From Methanocaldococcus sp. 28A (lineage in GTDB: Archaea > AGJL01 > Methanococci > Methanococcales > Methanocaldococcaceae), in assembly GCA_049852185.1 (NCBI GenBank), contig CP187540.1: DNA of 64,000 bases, one strand, 5' to 3'. Positions 29,310-40,056 of the stretch are shown here, piece after piece. Under the pieces are notes generated by a model. It did no database searches and had not been told where the DNA came from. It saw only the letters and a program-made list of their open reading frames with translations. Made by a program: the position numbers and the translations under genes. Positions within the stretch are counted from its first letter, which is position 1; the number at the start of each line of letters is the position of its first letter.

Positions 29310-29771
29310 TTATTGCTTTTTCTTTAATTTAATAATACAAGTTTCAGCAGGTTTTAGATTTATTTGATATCCTAAATTATACTTTAAAGTTTCATTTATA
29401 AATCCTATCAACAACCCTCCCCAGGGGCATGCAGTCCCTTCAAATTCATAGCCACAAATCCTTTTTGGGCAGATATTGCATTTTAATATCTTCACAATAA
29501 TCTCATCACCCTCTTCATTTATTTCAATATTTGCAAAATCTAACATGTTAAAATATCTTTCAACATCATTAATATCTTTAAATTCATGGCCATTATTCAT
29601 TGCATAAATTGCCAATTCCTTTCCAGCATAAGATCCTGCTATGTTACTTAAGCTTTGAGCTCCAGATCCAGTAATTAATTTTAACCCCACTGAATATCCT
29701 ATAATTATGGCAGAGGCTATAGAAGGGCATGGAGTATTTTTTGTTCTTATAATCTTATGTAGATCCATCAT
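29310..29771 (-). CDS. Hypothetical V4R-like Cys-containing protein
   Basis: CNICPK..GTACPWGG..C pattern; RBS-like GTGA upstream. Confidence 0.6.
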   Translation of the reverse strand: MMDLHKIIRTKNTPCPSIASAIIIGYSVGLKLITGSGAQSLSNIAGSYAGKELAIYAMNNGHEFKDINDVERYFNMLDFANIEINEEGDEIIVKILKCNICPKRICGYEFEGTACPWGGLLIGFINETLKYNLGYQINLKPAETCIIKLKKKQ

Positions 29772-29782
29772 ATCACTTTATT

Positions 29783-29896
29783 TATAGTTGTGTGCAAAAC
29801 TATCTTAAATAAAATAAGGAATTAGTGAATGCCTTCCTTATGGAAGGCTTTCAAATTGTCCTTATAAAAGTTTATTTTATTTTGCACACAACTATA
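29783..29896. repeat. MITE family B, full length
   Basis: Perfect TIRs; internal TGAATGCCTTCC/GGAAGGCTTTCA palindrome. Confidence 0.88.
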
Positions 29897-30002
29897 ATAT
29901 TTATAAACATTATATTAATTATTTTCTATTACATATTTTTTTGAACAATATAAAGAATTTTAAAATATTTTATTTATAAAATTAGATTATTGAGGGATTT
30001 TC

Positions 30003-30410
30003 ATGGAAATTGTTATCAAAGCTAAGGGACATAAAAATGTCTCAGCAACTCATAAAACAACCTTAGAGATTACAAAAGAAAACTATCTAACTCCTACTGG
30101 ACATTGCATTATAGGAATAGGGGCAGATAAATCTATGGCTGATTTTAGTGAAGAATTTAAAGAAAAACTTAGAAATGCTAAAAAAATAATTGTAGAGATT
30201 GAAGTTGAAAGAATAAAAGAGGTTATAGTTGGAGAAGGACATAAAGATTTAATTTTAAACCATCCAACAGACATTGTTATTAGAAAGAGTAATTATATAT
30301 GTCCAAGAACGTTAATGATTAATGCAAATAAATCAGCAAAAGATATTAATAAAGAGATAGTAAAAAAATTAAAAAAAGGGAAAGAGTTAATTTTTAAAAT
30401 AATTGTATAA
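30003..30410 (+). CDS. DUF371 family protein
   Basis: GHKNVSATHKTTLEIT..LTPTGHCIIG, IVIRKS. Confidence 0.85.
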   Translation: MEIVIKAKGHKNVSATHKTTLEITKENYLTPTGHCIIGIGADKSMADFSEEFKEKLRNAKKIIVEIEVERIKEVIVGEGHKDLILNHPTDIVIRKSNYICPRTLMINANKSAKDINKEIVKKLKKGKELIFKIIV

Positions 30411-30419
30411 GGTGAAAAG

Positions 30420-31466
30420 ATGAAAATAAACGTTGGTGTCTTAGGAGCTACTGGAAGCGTGGGGCAGAGATTCGTTCAATTATTGGCAGAGCATCCAATG
30501 TTTGAATTAACTGCCTTAGCTGCATCAGAGAGAAGTGCTGGAAAAAAGTATAAAGACGCATGCTACTGGTTCCAAGATAGAGATATTCCTGAAAATGTAA
30601 AAGATATGGTTGTTATTCCAACAGACCCTAAGCATGAAGCATTTGAAGATGTTGATATTGTCTTCTCAGCTTTACCATCAGATTTAGCTAAAAAGTTTGA
30701 ACCAGAATTTGCTAAAGAAGGAAAGTTAGTTTTCTCTAACGCATCAGCTTACAGAATGGAAGAAGATGTTCCTCTTGTTATCCCAGAAGTTAATGCAGAC
30801 CATCTTGCTTTAATAGAAATTCAGAGAGAAAAGAGAGGATGGGATGGAGCTATAATAACAAACCCTAACTGTTCAACTATCTGTGCTGTCATAACATTAA
30901 AACCAATAATGGATAAATTTGGTTTAGATTCAGTAATTATAACAACATTGCAGGCAGTTAGTGGAGCAGGTTATAATGGCGTTCCTTCAATGGCAATCTT
31001 AGATAATTTAATTCCATTTATTAAAAATGAAGAAGAAAAAATGCAAACAGAGAGTTTAAAGTTATTAGGAACTTTAAAAGATGGAAAAGTTGAATTTGCT
31101 AACTTTAAGTTAAGTGCTTCATGTAACAGAGTGCCAGTTATTGATGGACATACTGAAAGCATATTTGTCAAAACAATTGAAGGAGCTGAGCCAGAGGAAA
31201 TAAAAGAGGCTATGGATAAATTTGACCCTTTAAAAGATTTAAACCTCCCAACTTATGCTAAACCAATTGTTATTAGGGAAGAGATAGATAGACCTCAACC
31301 AAGATTAGATAGAAATGAAGGTAATGGAATGAGTATTGTTGTAGGTAGAATCAGAAAAGACCCAATATTTGATGTAAAATATACCGCATTAGAGCATAAC
31401 ACAATTAGAGGAGCTGCTGGAGCGAGTATATTAAATGCTGAATACTTCGTTAAAAAGTATTTATAA
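30420..31466 (+). CDS. asd: Aspartate-semialdehyde dehydrogenase
   Basis: [30 protein letters not shown]. Confidence 0.97.
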   Translation: MKINVGVLGATGSVGQRFVQLLAEHPMFELTALAASERSAGKKYKDACYWFQDRDIPENVKDMVVIPTDPKHEAFEDVDIVFSALPSDLAKKFEPEFAKEGKLVFSNASAYRMEEDVPLVIPEVNADHLALIEIQREKRGWDGAIITNPNCSTICAVITLKPIMDKFGLDSVIITTLQAVSGAGYNGVPSMAILDNLIPFIKNEEEKMQTESLKLLGTLKDGKVEFANFKLSASCNRVPVIDGHTESIFVKTIEGAEPEEIKEAMDKFDPLKDLNLPTYAKPIVIREEIDRPQPRLDRNEGNGMSIVVGRIRKDPIFDVKYTALEHNTIRGAAGASILNAEYFVKKYL

Positions 31467-31471
31467 TGTGT

Positions 31472-32887
31472 TTATTCTCTTTCCAATATCTTTTCAAAAT
31501 TAATTTCTGTTGGATATTTTCCAGTTACACAAGCTAAACACAAATCTTTTCTACCTATTGCTTTAATCAATCCTTTCAATGATAAATATCCAATAGAATC
31601 TACTCCAATAGCCTTTTTAATCTCTTTTTCTGTTTTGTTTGAAGCAATAAGCTCCTTTTTAGTGGCCATATCTATACCATAATAGCAAGGAGATATAATT
31701 TTAGGACTACCTATTCTTAAATGCACTTTTTTAGCTCCTGCTTTTCTAACAATATTTACAATTCTTCTTGAAGTAGTTCCTCTAACAATACTATCATCAA
31801 CTAAAACTACTCTCTTTCCTTCTAAAACACTTTTTACTGGGCTTAATTTTAATCTAACAGCTAATTCCCTCTCATTTTGAGAAGGTAAAATAAAAGTTCT
31901 TCCTACATATCTATTTTTTATTAAACCTTCATAATAAGGAATTCCTGATTCCTCAGAAAACCCTAAAGCAAATGCAACTCCTGAATCTGGGATTGGGGAT
32001 ACTACATCAGCATCTACTGGATGTTCTTTAGCTAAAATTTTTCCAATTCTCTTTCTAACCTTATAGACGCTAATACCATCAATTGTTGAATCAGGTCTTG
32101 CAAAATACACATACTCAAACATACACGTTGTAGCTCCTTTATATATTGAAGGCATATCATTATTCACAGGATTGTATTCAGGAATTTCATAATCCAATTT
32201 ATGAGATATCATTTCTCCATTTTTAATTTCTATAATCTCTCCTGGCTCAATATCTTTAACAAATTCAGCATCTAAGGTAGTTAATGCACAATCCTCAGAT
32301 GATATGTAAATATTGCTATCATCTCTTCCAATACACAATGGTTTAAATCCCCAAGGGTCTCTAACAGCAATTAAAGAATCATTAAACATTATTAAAAGTG
32401 AATAAGCTCCAACAAGTTTTTTCAATGTATTTTTTATTGCTTCAATCTTATCAGATGTTTTCAACAACTCTCTAACTAAAAGTTGAGCTATAACTTCAGA
32501 ATCTGTTGAGGATGTGAATATATGCCCTTTCATCTCTAATTCTCTTCTTAATTCATTTGAATTTACTAAATCTCCATTATGGGCTATGGCTATATTGCCA
32601 AATGAACTTTTAACAACAAACGGCTGACAGTTTTCAACAGCCTTTCCTCCAGTTGTTGAATATCTTACATGTCCAATTCCTATATATCCAAATAAATTTT
32701 GCAATGTCTCATTTTTAAAGACATCTGTAACCAATCCAATATTTTTATAGTAGTGTATGTTTTTTCCATCACTTGTAGCAATTCCAGCACCTTCTTGCCC
32801 TCTATGTTGTAAAGCAAACAATCCATAATAAATTCTCTTAGCAACGTTCATTTTTTCGTAAGAATATACGCCGAATATCCCGCACAT
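31472..32887 (-). CDS. purF: Amidophosphoribosyltransferase
   Basis: N-terminal [27 protein letters not shown]. Confidence 0.97.
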   Translation of the reverse strand: MCGIFGVYSYEKMNVAKRIYYGLFALQHRGQEGAGIATSDGKNIHYYKNIGLVTDVFKNETLQNLFGYIGIGHVRYSTTGGKAVENCQPFVVKSSFGNIAIAHNGDLVNSNELRRELEMKGHIFTSSTDSEVIAQLLVRELLKTSDKIEAIKNTLKKLVGAYSLLIMFNDSLIAVRDPWGFKPLCIGRDDSNIYISSEDCALTTLDAEFVKDIEPGEIIEIKNGEMISHKLDYEIPEYNPVNNDMPSIYKGATTCMFEYVYFARPDSTIDGISVYKVRKRIGKILAKEHPVDADVVSPIPDSGVAFALGFSEESGIPYYEGLIKNRYVGRTFILPSQNERELAVRLKLSPVKSVLEGKRVVLVDDSIVRGTTSRRIVNIVRKAGAKKVHLRIGSPKIISPCYYGIDMATKKELIASNKTEKEIKKAIGVDSIGYLSLKGLIKAIGRKDLCLACVTGKYPTEINFEKILERE

Positions 32888-33030
32888 ATTAAAAACCCAA
32901 TTTATTTTTGTTTTTTAATTTAGTAAATATATGCAGGAATAAATGTTTTAAGGCATCTAAATACAGAGAATATATAAAAAGAAACTAAGAAAAAATTAAG
33001 AAAACTAAAAAGTTAAAATCTATCCTCGAT

Positions 33031-34083
33031 TTACTCTAATATAATGAACTTATCGTTGTATTTAACAACTGATTTACCTACAACTTTTTTTCCATTAACT
33101 TCTAAGCTATCTACAACTCTACCTATTATCTGAGCTGGGATATTATATTTATTAGCTATTTTTATAACTTTGTTAGCATCTTCTTCATCAACAATTACAC
33201 AGAATCCAATACCCATATTAAATGTTCTAAACATCTCTTCATCTGGAACATTTCCTAATCTCTGGATTTCTTTAAATATTGGTAATGGTTCTGGAAGGTT
33301 ATTAATATAGTAAATTACTTTATCATTCAACCTCTTAAGTTTTCTAAAGCTACCTCCAGTTATGTGGGCTAAACCTTTAACATTAATATCCTTATCTCTA
33401 ACCATCTCTAAAACTGGTTTTACATAAATCTTTGTTGGTGTTAATAGCTCTTCGGCAACGGTCTTTCCATAAGAGAGCTTGTCATTAATATCTAACTTAG
33501 CTATGTCAAAAAATACCTTCCTTGCTAAAGATAACCCATTACTGTGTATTCCTGAGCTTCTTAATCCAACAATTACATCTCCTGATTTAACATCTTTTCC
33601 ACTTATAATTTCATCTTTTTTAATTATTGCTAAAACAGTTCCTGCCAAATCAATTCCTTTAATCATGTCTGGTAAAGTGGCTGTTTCTCCACCAACAATA
33701 TTTATATTTGCCTCCTTAGCTCCTTCATTTAATCCCTTTCCAATTTGCTCAGCTATCTCTTCAGTTATATGCCCAACTGCTAAGTAATCAACCAATGCTA
33801 TTGGTTCTGCTCCTATACAGATAGCATCATTTACATTCATAGCTATCATATCTATTCCAACTGTATCAAACTTATTAGCCATCTCTGCAACTATCATCTT
33901 ACTTCCAACACCATCAGTAGATAAAACTAAATAATAATCTCCAAACTCAACAGCTCCTGCATAATGCAATCCTAACTCAGCGGGCTTTATATCTTCCCTT
34001 TTAAATGTTATCTGTGAAACTAATGCCTTAATTACTCTATCTTCATGTGATATATCTACTCCTGCATCTTTGTAAGTAACCAT
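33031..34083 (-). CDS. purM: Phosphoribosylformylglycinamidine cyclo-ligase
   Basis: YKDAGVD, TDGVGSK, GGETA, HSNGLS, HITGG, TFNMG. Confidence 0.97.
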   Translation of the reverse strand: MVTYKDAGVDISHEDRVIKALVSQITFKREDIKPAELGLHYAGAVEFGDYYLVLSTDGVGSKMIVAEMANKFDTVGIDMIAMNVNDAICIGAEPIALVDYLAVGHITEEIAEQIGKGLNEGAKEANINIVGGETATLPDMIKGIDLAGTVLAIIKKDEIISGKDVKSGDVIVGLRSSGIHSNGLSLARKVFFDIAKLDINDKLSYGKTVAEELLTPTKIYVKPVLEMVRDKDINVKGLAHITGGSFRKLKRLNDKVIYYINNLPEPLPIFKEIQRLGNVPDEEMFRTFNMGIGFCVIVDEEDANKVIKIANKYNIPAQIIGRVVDSLEVNGKKVVGKSVVKYNDKFIILE

Positions 34084-34120
34084 AATAATCTCCTCAAATT
34101 ATTTTTTTTCTAAGAGATTT

Positions 34121-34999
34121 TTACCTTTTTAACAATACATTATCTCCTACATTAACACCAATGTTCTCAGCAACTGGCTTACATTTTGCCTTCAATATAT
34201 AATAAACTGGCTTGTCTATCCTATTTTCATATTCTGTTAAACTTTCATAATTGCCCATTCCTTTTGCTATAATTAAATCAGCACTTTCAAACTCTTTTAA
34301 AAATTCTTCTGAACACTCTTCTAAAATAATTCCTATAATATCTGAGCCTGTTGTTATTACTTTAGCTATCTCATCAATCTTTGCTATTTTTGCATCCTCT
34401 AATGTAGCATCATTTAGAATTGGTTTTCCTTTAACAACTGCAACAATATCTTTGTTATATTTTTTAATCTCTTCCATTAAAATCCTATCAAAAATAATCT
34501 CTCCAGCGTTATCACATATATATAAAATCTTTTTTATGTTTTTATCTTTTAAATCATTTAAAAGCTCTTTGCTATTATCTATCTTTAACTCCCCATTTAA
34601 TGTATCTTCAATTAACTTTTCAATATTTATCCCTGTGCTGTAAGCCCCAAAGTCAATAACATTCCCTGCTATTGTTGCTAAAACCTTCTTTCTCAATCTC
34701 TCAATTTCATCTTCTATATTACTCATTTCTCTAACTTTATCTAAATACTGCAAAGCTATTTTGTTTGCTTTATCTTTTAAATTTTTATAAGGGTCGTTGT
34801 TATTGCTAATTTTCTTTAAATATCTATGAACTATAGTTCCCATCCATGCTGGAACTGCACTCTCACCATAAACATCTTTAATAACTTCCATAGTACTTTT
34901 TATTAATCTAAATTGCTCTTTCTCATCAGCGGTTATTTCATTGACAGCATCAACAACCTGCCTTATTATACATATAGCACATTCTGGCTTTAGTTTCAT
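34121..34999 (-). CDS. DUF89 (ARMT1-like) damage-control phosphatase
   Basis: ECAIC, GNVIDFG, DNAGE, KGMGNYE. Confidence 0.9.
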   Translation of the reverse strand: MKLKPECAICIIRQVVDAVNEITADEKEQFRLIKSTMEVIKDVYGESAVPAWMGTIVHRYLKKISNNNDPYKNLKDKANKIALQYLDKVREMSNIEDEIERLRKKVLATIAGNVIDFGAYSTGINIEKLIEDTLNGELKIDNSKELLNDLKDKNIKKILYICDNAGEIIFDRILMEEIKKYNKDIVAVVKGKPILNDATLEDAKIAKIDEIAKVITTGSDIIGIILEECSEEFLKEFESADLIIAKGMGNYESLTEYENRIDKPVYYILKAKCKPVAENIGVNVGDNVLLKR

Positions 35000-35082
35000 A
35001 ATTATCCCTCCACGACATAAGTTTTGTGTAAAGGTGATTATAATTAAATTAAGTAATAAAATTATATCATAAGGCGATAGAT

Positions 35083-35565
35083 ATGATTAACCTCGAAATA
35101 TTTAAAGAATTTCTACTAAACCTTATAAAGGATTATGGATATTTTGGCATTTTCTTAGTGGGATTTTCTGAACCAATATTTCAACCTTTTCCAACAGAGA
35201 TATTTATTGCCGCTGGATTATTAGCTGGATTAGATTGGAGGTTGGTTTGGATTATTTCAACAGTTGCTTGCAACTTTGGGGCTGCAGTTACCTATTATCT
35301 TGCAATGACTTATGGAGAAAAATTAATGTTAAAGTTATTTGAAAAGGAAAAAATAGAAAAAAGTAGATATTATATAAAAAAGTGGGGTATTTTAGGCGTT
35401 ATTATTCTAAGTTTTACCCCTATACCTTTTGAAGTAATTTGTTGGGTGTGTGGAAGTTTAAGGATGCCATTTGATGAATATATGGTAGCAGTATTTTTAA
35501 GTAGGCTAATTAGGCATGGGATGGTTATTCTACCATTTGTTTTAAAAAATCACATTCATTTTTGA
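35083..35565 (+). CDS. DedA/YqaA (VTT domain) membrane protein
   Basis: FSEPIFQPFPTE, TPIPF, RLIR. Confidence 0.85.
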   Translation: MINLEIFKEFLLNLIKDYGYFGIFLVGFSEPIFQPFPTEIFIAAGLLAGLDWRLVWIISTVACNFGAAVTYYLAMTYGEKLMLKLFEKEKIEKSRYYIKKWGILGVIILSFTPIPFEVICWVCGSLRMPFDEYMVAVFLSRLIRHGMVILPFVLKNHIHF

Positions 35566-35566
35566 G

Positions 35567-35678
35567 TATAGCTTTGTGTAAAAGTTTTTATGAAAAAACG
35601 GCATTAATGAATATCTTTTCAAAAGGAAGGCATTTAAATTGTCCTTATAAAGTTTAATTTATTTTGCACAAAGCTATA
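35567..35678. repeat. MITE family B, variant TIR
   Basis: TATAGCTTTGTG ... CACAAAGCTATA. Confidence 0.8.
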
Positions 35679-35731
35679 ATACTATAAACAAAAAATTTCA
35701 TAAACAGAATTTTATATTAAAAACTATTATC

Positions 35732-35843
35732 TATAGTTTTGTGCAAAAGTATTTATAATGAATAAGGCATTAATGAATGTCTTCCTTTTAGAAGACATTT
35801 AAATTTTCATTATAAAGTTTATTTTGTTTTGCACACAACTATA
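35732..35843. repeat. MITE family B
   Basis: TATAGTTTTGTGCAAAA ... TTTTGCACACAACTATA. Confidence 0.85.
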
Positions 35844-35859
35844 TTTTTGGTGATGAAAT

Positions 35860-36108
35860 ATGTGTTTGGCTATTCCATGTAAAGTTGTTGAGATTATAGA
35901 GGAAGATGGAGAAAAATATGCAATAGCAGAATATAAAGGAGTTAAACAAAAGGCAAAATTAACACTCTTAGATAAAGAGGTTAAAATAGGAGATTATATA
36001 TTAATCCACACTGGTTATGCTTTAGAGGTTTTAAGTGAAGAAGATGCCAAATTAAGTTTAGAAGCTTGGGAAGAGCTATTTAAAGCATTAGAAGAAATGG
36101 AACAATAA
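35860..36108 (+). CDS. hypC: Hydrogenase maturation chaperone HypC
   Basis: [17 protein letters not shown]. Confidence 0.96.
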
Positions 36109-36149
36109 AAAAGCAAATTTTACAGAAAAGAATTGAAATTTTTACTCTT

Positions 36150-36338
36150 TTATTCTGGTTCAACTTTTACAGCTCCTGTTGGGCAGACATCTTCACAAAC
36201 TCCACAATAAGTGCAATCCTCTTCTCTTGCAACAACTACTTTATCCCCATCAATTTCAAAAACTTCCATTGGGCAGTTATTTACACACTCTGCACACTCA
36301 GCTCCTTTGCATATATTGTAATCAATTGTTACAGCCAT
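36150..36338 (-). CDS. 2x[4Fe-4S] ferredoxin
   Basis: CKGAECAECVNNCP and CTYCGVCEDVCP. Confidence 0.93.
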   Translation of the reverse strand: MAVTIDYNICKGAECAECVNNCPMEVFEIDGDKVVVAREEDCTYCGVCEDVCPTGAVKVEPE

Positions 36339-36433
36339 TATTACCACCTCTAACACTTAATAATAGATTTAAATTATGGTTTCTATTTTCAGTATAAATA
36401 ATTATCGGAAAAAATGTTAAAAAAATAAAAAAA

Positions 36434-37378
36434 TTAAAACCTTCTAATATTTGGATTAACTATCGTTCTCTCTATATTCCAAACTTCATTTAGCACATTT
36501 GAAGACATGGCAGTTCTTAAAAAAGGAACTTTGAAACTAACAGATACATGTGCAAATGATGAGTTGTTTCCAAATATTACTGGATAAAGCCCTTTGTCCA
36601 TAATGTAATTTATATAATAATACATCTCAGTTATTGTTCCCATCTCATAAGGGTAAATTTTAACAAAATCGCCTTCTTCATAAATGCTATCTGTGCATAG
36701 GAATCCATCAAATTCTACAGGCTCTTCAACCTCTAAATAGTCAATTTGAGATAAATCCTTATCTTTAACAATCTCTTTTTTAGAGCTAAGTCCTAATAAA
36801 ATATCTAAATCTTCATCTTCTTTGATTTCATCTATTAAATCTCTAATCTTTGGAATCTCATTAAATATATCTTTGCAAATATATGAACCATTAATATTTA
36901 TAATGTCATAATCTTCTGATAAAATATCTGTAAGTTTTAAATACAAATTAACAATATCCTCTATAGATTCTGCCATAACTATTGGAATTAATTCATTGTT
37001 ATTTTTATCAACCAATATTCCAGAGGCAACTATAGGTAAGTCAGTTGTTAAAGCCCCTCCTAAGAATTTAAACAAAGGAATATCTAAGCTGTTTGAAGCT
37101 GCTCTTGCTACGCTAATAGAGATACCCATTGCTACAGTAGGATTATCAACTGATGTTTCACAAATTAATGTATCGATGAAATCAATATCTGTTGCTGGAT
37201 AACCTATAAGTTCTGGGGCTATGACATTTTCAACATCCGCTATTGCTTCCTCTGGATTATTCACTTCAATGATGTCATAGCCAATAGATATGTTTGTCAT
37301 TGTTGTAATCATTACCTTAATTTTAGCTCCTTTAAAAACTTCTTTTGCACTTATTTTTTCAATAATAACATTTGTCAA
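36434..37378 (-). CDS. Degenerate enolase-like protein
   Basis: Enolase N-domain pattern ISVARAASNSLDIPLFKFLGG; shorter than enolase; TTG start after RBS GAGGTG. Confidence 0.7.
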   Translation of the reverse strand: MTNVIIEKISAKEVFKGAKIKVMITTMTNISIGYDIIEVNNPEEAIADVENVIAPELIGYPATDIDFIDTLICETSVDNPTVAMGISISVARAASNSLDIPLFKFLGGALTTDLPIVASGILVDKNNNELIPIVMAESIEDIVNLYLKLTDILSEDYDIININGSYICKDIFNEIPKIRDLIDEIKEDEDLDILLGLSSKKEIVKDKDLSQIDYLEVEEPVEFDGFLCTDSIYEEGDFVKIYPYEMGTITEMYYYINYIMDKGLYPVIFGNNSSFAHVSVSFKVPFLRTAMSSNVLNEVWNIERTIVNPNIRRF

Positions 37379-37445
37379 TTACATCCACCTCAATTAAAAA
37401 ATAATTATAATTTTACGCTTTTGCAGGTCTTATTGGCTTTAATGG

Positions 37446-37505
37446 CATAGAAGCAAAGCTTCTATTGCTATACTTCAGAGCAGGGTTCACTACATTCAGC
37501 CCCAC
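37446..37505. repeat. Family C palindromic element between two copies of the rpoK 3' end
   Basis: CATAGAAGC-AAA-GCTTCTATTG-CT-ATAC, matching the CATAG-hairpin-CTATTG..ATAC pattern at 22179. Confidence 0.65.
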
Positions 37506-37522
37506 TTTTTAGTTAAAAGAGT

Positions 37523-37696
37523 TTATACCTTCATAGGTCTTATCGGCTTTAATGGAACTTTTCCTTGTTTAATTTCTTCATATGCTATTTTTAATGAAGT
37601 ATCACATTTTATTTCTATTGTTGCATAAGCCCCATTAGATATTTGCAAACTCCTCGCCCCCAATATTCTCGCAATCTCAAATTTTGTTAATTTCAA
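37523..37696 (-). CDS. rpoK: RNA polymerase subunit Rpo6/K, 57 aa (not in the ORF track)
   Basis: TTG start after GAGGTG; MKLTKFEIARILGARSLQISNGA..IAYEEIKQGKVPL. Confidence 0.93.
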   Translation of the reverse strand: MKLTKFEIARILGARSLQISNGAYATIEIKCDTSLKIAYEEIKQGKVPLKPIRPMKV

Positions 37697-37724
37697 TCTC
37701 TCACCTCTAAAAATAATATAATAT

Positions 37725-37801
37725 TAGAACTTTCGCAGAAATAAATGTTGTTTATACGGAATATGGATGCTCTATCAATATATAAAAATGCGAAAGACGT
37801 A
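37725..37801. repeat. MITE family A, degenerate, opposite orientation
   Basis: TAGAACTTTCGCAGAAATAAAT ... TGCGAAAGACGTA. Confidence 0.7.
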
Positions 37802-37812
37802 TAAAAATTAAA

Positions 37813-37889
37813 TGGTGGGGCCGCCGGGACTTGAACCCGGGTCGCACGCCCCCCAAGCGCACAGGATGTCCAGGCTACCCCACGGCCCC
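37813..37889 (-). tRNA. tRNA-Pro (anticodon most likely GGG), CCA encoded
   Basis: GGGGCCG acceptor stem, anticodon loop TTGGGGG, TTCAAGT T-loop, ACCA end. Confidence 0.93.
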
Positions 37890-37906
37890 ATCTAAAAATT
37901 AATAAG

Positions 37907-38128
37907 TTATAAAAGCTTTTCATCGTGAGCTATTATCTCGTCAATAATCTCTTTTCCATCCTCGCTTATTCTATAGGAGATAAACATCCTCCTACAGCAA
38001 TATTTTTTAATTCCCAAATCATCTAAAACATCTTTTGGACTCTCTCCTTTTAAAATTCTTTCTTTATACTCTTCAAAAACCTCAGCAATAACATTACCAC
38101 AGGAAAAACATCTAATAGGAAACATCAT
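37907..38128 (-). CDS. rpoN: RNA polymerase subunit Rpo10/N
   Basis: PIRCFSCG..YCCRRM. Confidence 0.96.
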   Translation of the reverse strand: MMFPIRCFSCGNVIAEVFEEYKERILKGESPKDVLDDLGIKKYCCRRMFISYRISEDGKEIIDEIIAHDEKLL

Positions 38129-38185
38129 ATTTCTCACCCAAATAGAAAGAAAAAATAATATTTTTTCCAAAAAATAAAAATGGAT

Positions 38186-38596
38186 TTATCTGTATGACTT
38201 TTGTCTCTTTGCTCTTGGCCCTTTTGTAGATCTACTTGGTTTGTGAGGCTCTGTTCTTCTTGCATCGCTAACTAATAATGTTCTATCGTAAGCTAAGAAT
38301 TTATCTCTCAACTCTTTGCTACCTGTAAATTCAACAATTGCCTTACCAATAGCTGTTCTTGCAGCATCCATTTGACCCATTACTCCTCCGCCTTTAACTG
38401 TAACATCAATATCCATTTGGCTAATAACTTCTTCTCCAGCTAATAAAATTGGTTCCATTAACTTCATTCTTTTATATTTAGGCTCAATTAACTCAATAGG
38501 TATTTTATTTATTCTTATTCTTCCCTTCCCTTCTCTTGCAACTGCTCTCGCAATAGCTCTCTTTCTTTTACCAACTGTCATGACAATTTTTCCCAT
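38186..38596 (-). CDS. rps9p: 30S ribosomal protein S9
   Basis: [23 protein letters not shown]. Confidence 0.97.
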   Translation of the reverse strand: MGKIVMTVGKRKRAIARAVAREGKGRIRINKIPIELIEPKYKRMKLMEPILLAGEEVISQMDIDVTVKGGGVMGQMDAARTAIGKAIVEFTGSKELRDKFLAYDRTLLVSDARRTEPHKPSRSTKGPRAKRQKSYR

Positions 38597-38605
38597 TTAA
38601 TCACC

Positions 38606-39019
38606 TCAGAACTTCGCTCCTAAGTGTTTGCTTAACTCAGCTAATGTTATATATTTTGTAGTGTTTAATTTGTGGCTTATTTTTTCATCAACTGTTAAGT
38701 TTTTAGGGTTTCCTACATAAACTTTAACTCTCTTAAATGCTTCTCTTCCTTTTGGTTTTTTGTAAGGTAGCATTTTTCTGATAGTTCTTCTTAATATGTC
38801 ATCTGGCCTTCTTGGGAATTTAGGTCCAAATCTTCTTGGGTTAGCAACGTTTTTCTTTTCCCTCTCTTCTTGGTAAGTTTTTATAATCCAATCTCTATTT
38901 CCAGTTATAACTACCTTCTCAGCATTTACTATAACAATTTCTTCTCCTCTCAAAACTCTCTTAGCAACTTCTGAAGCCAATCTTCCTAATATCGCTCCTT
39001 CAGCATCTATTACTGTCAT
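38606..39019 (-). CDS. rpl13p: 50S ribosomal protein L13
   Basis: IDAEGAILGRLAS, MLPYK. Confidence 0.97.
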   Translation of the reverse strand: MTVIDAEGAILGRLASEVAKRVLRGEEIVIVNAEKVVITGNRDWIIKTYQEEREKKNVANPRRFGPKFPRRPDDILRRTIRKMLPYKKPKGREAFKRVKVYVGNPKNLTVDEKISHKLNTTKYITLAELSKHLGAKF

Positions 39020-39034
39020 TATTATCACCGTGTT

Positions 39035-39397
39035 TTATGCCATAATTTTTACATTTGAACCTTTTGGATTTCTTTTTATTAATTCTTCTATTGTTATTGC
39101 TTCTCCACCAGCTTCTTCAATCAATTTTTTAGCCGTTTCACTAAATGCAAATGCTGCAACAACAACTTTATGCTCTAACTTCCCAGCCCCCAAAACTTTA
39201 CCAGGAACTAAAACAACATCTCCTTCTTTTGTGTATCTGTTTATCTTACTTAAATTTACTTCTGCTCTCCTTCTTCTTGGTTTTGCTAACCTTCTTGCAA
39301 TATCCTTCCAAATCTTTGCCTGATTTTTATAACTTTCTTGCTTTAATATCTCAATTAACTTAATTAATCTTGGGTTTGTAGCTGCTATTTTTCTCAT
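39035..39397 (-). CDS. rpl18e: 50S ribosomal protein L18e
   Basis: TNPRL, VNLSKI, VPGKVLG. Confidence 0.96.
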   Translation of the reverse strand: MRKIAATNPRLIKLIEILKQESYKNQAKIWKDIARRLAKPRRRRAEVNLSKINRYTKEGDVVLVPGKVLGAGKLEHKVVVAAFAFSETAKKLIEEAGGEAITIEELIKRNPKGSNVKIMA

Positions 39398-39472
39398 AAT
39401 CTCACCGTGTTTTCCTCCAAACCTTTTATAATTAAAGGTTTGATTGATAATTTAAAATAAAAGAATATTTCA

Positions 39473-40045
39473 TTACTCAATTAGTTCAAGCTGTTGTAAG
39501 AAACTTTCAGTTTTATTTTTTAGTATCTTAACAGCTTCTTCTAATATTTCTTCTGCTTCCATCTGTCCAAATGTTTCAACAAAAAACTCAACTTCATCTT
39601 CAGCAATTTGTTTATAGACAGCATTGCATGGTTGCCATTTTGCATGAATCTTTCCAATGCCTGGAATTGCTTCACATTCAATCTGTATTCTCTGCCCATT
39701 TCCTAATCTAACAATTGGGATGTTTTTGAAAGCAACCTCCCCATTATCAGATTTTAAATCTGATGAATAAACTGTGCAAGGACCCTCTTTTTCTAAGGTG
39801 AATGTTATAACTTCATTCTCTAAAAGTGGTTTTCCTTTAATAGGTATTAAACCTAATCTGTGTGCTAAAATCTCATCATCCATTGATGATGAGTTCTCAT
39901 ATATATAAACATCTTCAATAGCATAGGTTGGAACTTCAGAAATCATGATTCTTCTAATGGCATTAGAAAACGAAATTGGGGCTTTTAAAGAAAAAATAAA
40001 TTCTTCCCCAATTCTTGTCTTTTTCTTCTCTTTGATTGTAATCAA
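39473..40045 (-). CDS. rpoD: RNA polymerase subunit Rpo3/D
   Basis: NAIRRIMISEVP, DEILAHRLGLIP, HAKWQP. Confidence 0.96.
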   Translation of the reverse strand: MITIKEKKKTRIGEEFIFSLKAPISFSNAIRRIMISEVPTYAIEDVYIYENSSSMDDEILAHRLGLIPIKGKPLLENEVITFTLEKEGPCTVYSSDLKSDNGEVAFKNIPIVRLGNGQRIQIECEAIPGIGKIHAKWQPCNAVYKQIAEDEVEFFVETFGQMEAEEILEEAVKILKNKTESFLQQLELIE

Positions 40046-40056
40046 AGATTATCACC

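Noticed and set aside
37693-37923. 76-aa ORF here and the 67-aa ORF at 41520-41723
   Set aside because: They overlap the tRNA-Pro and tRNA-Ser genes.
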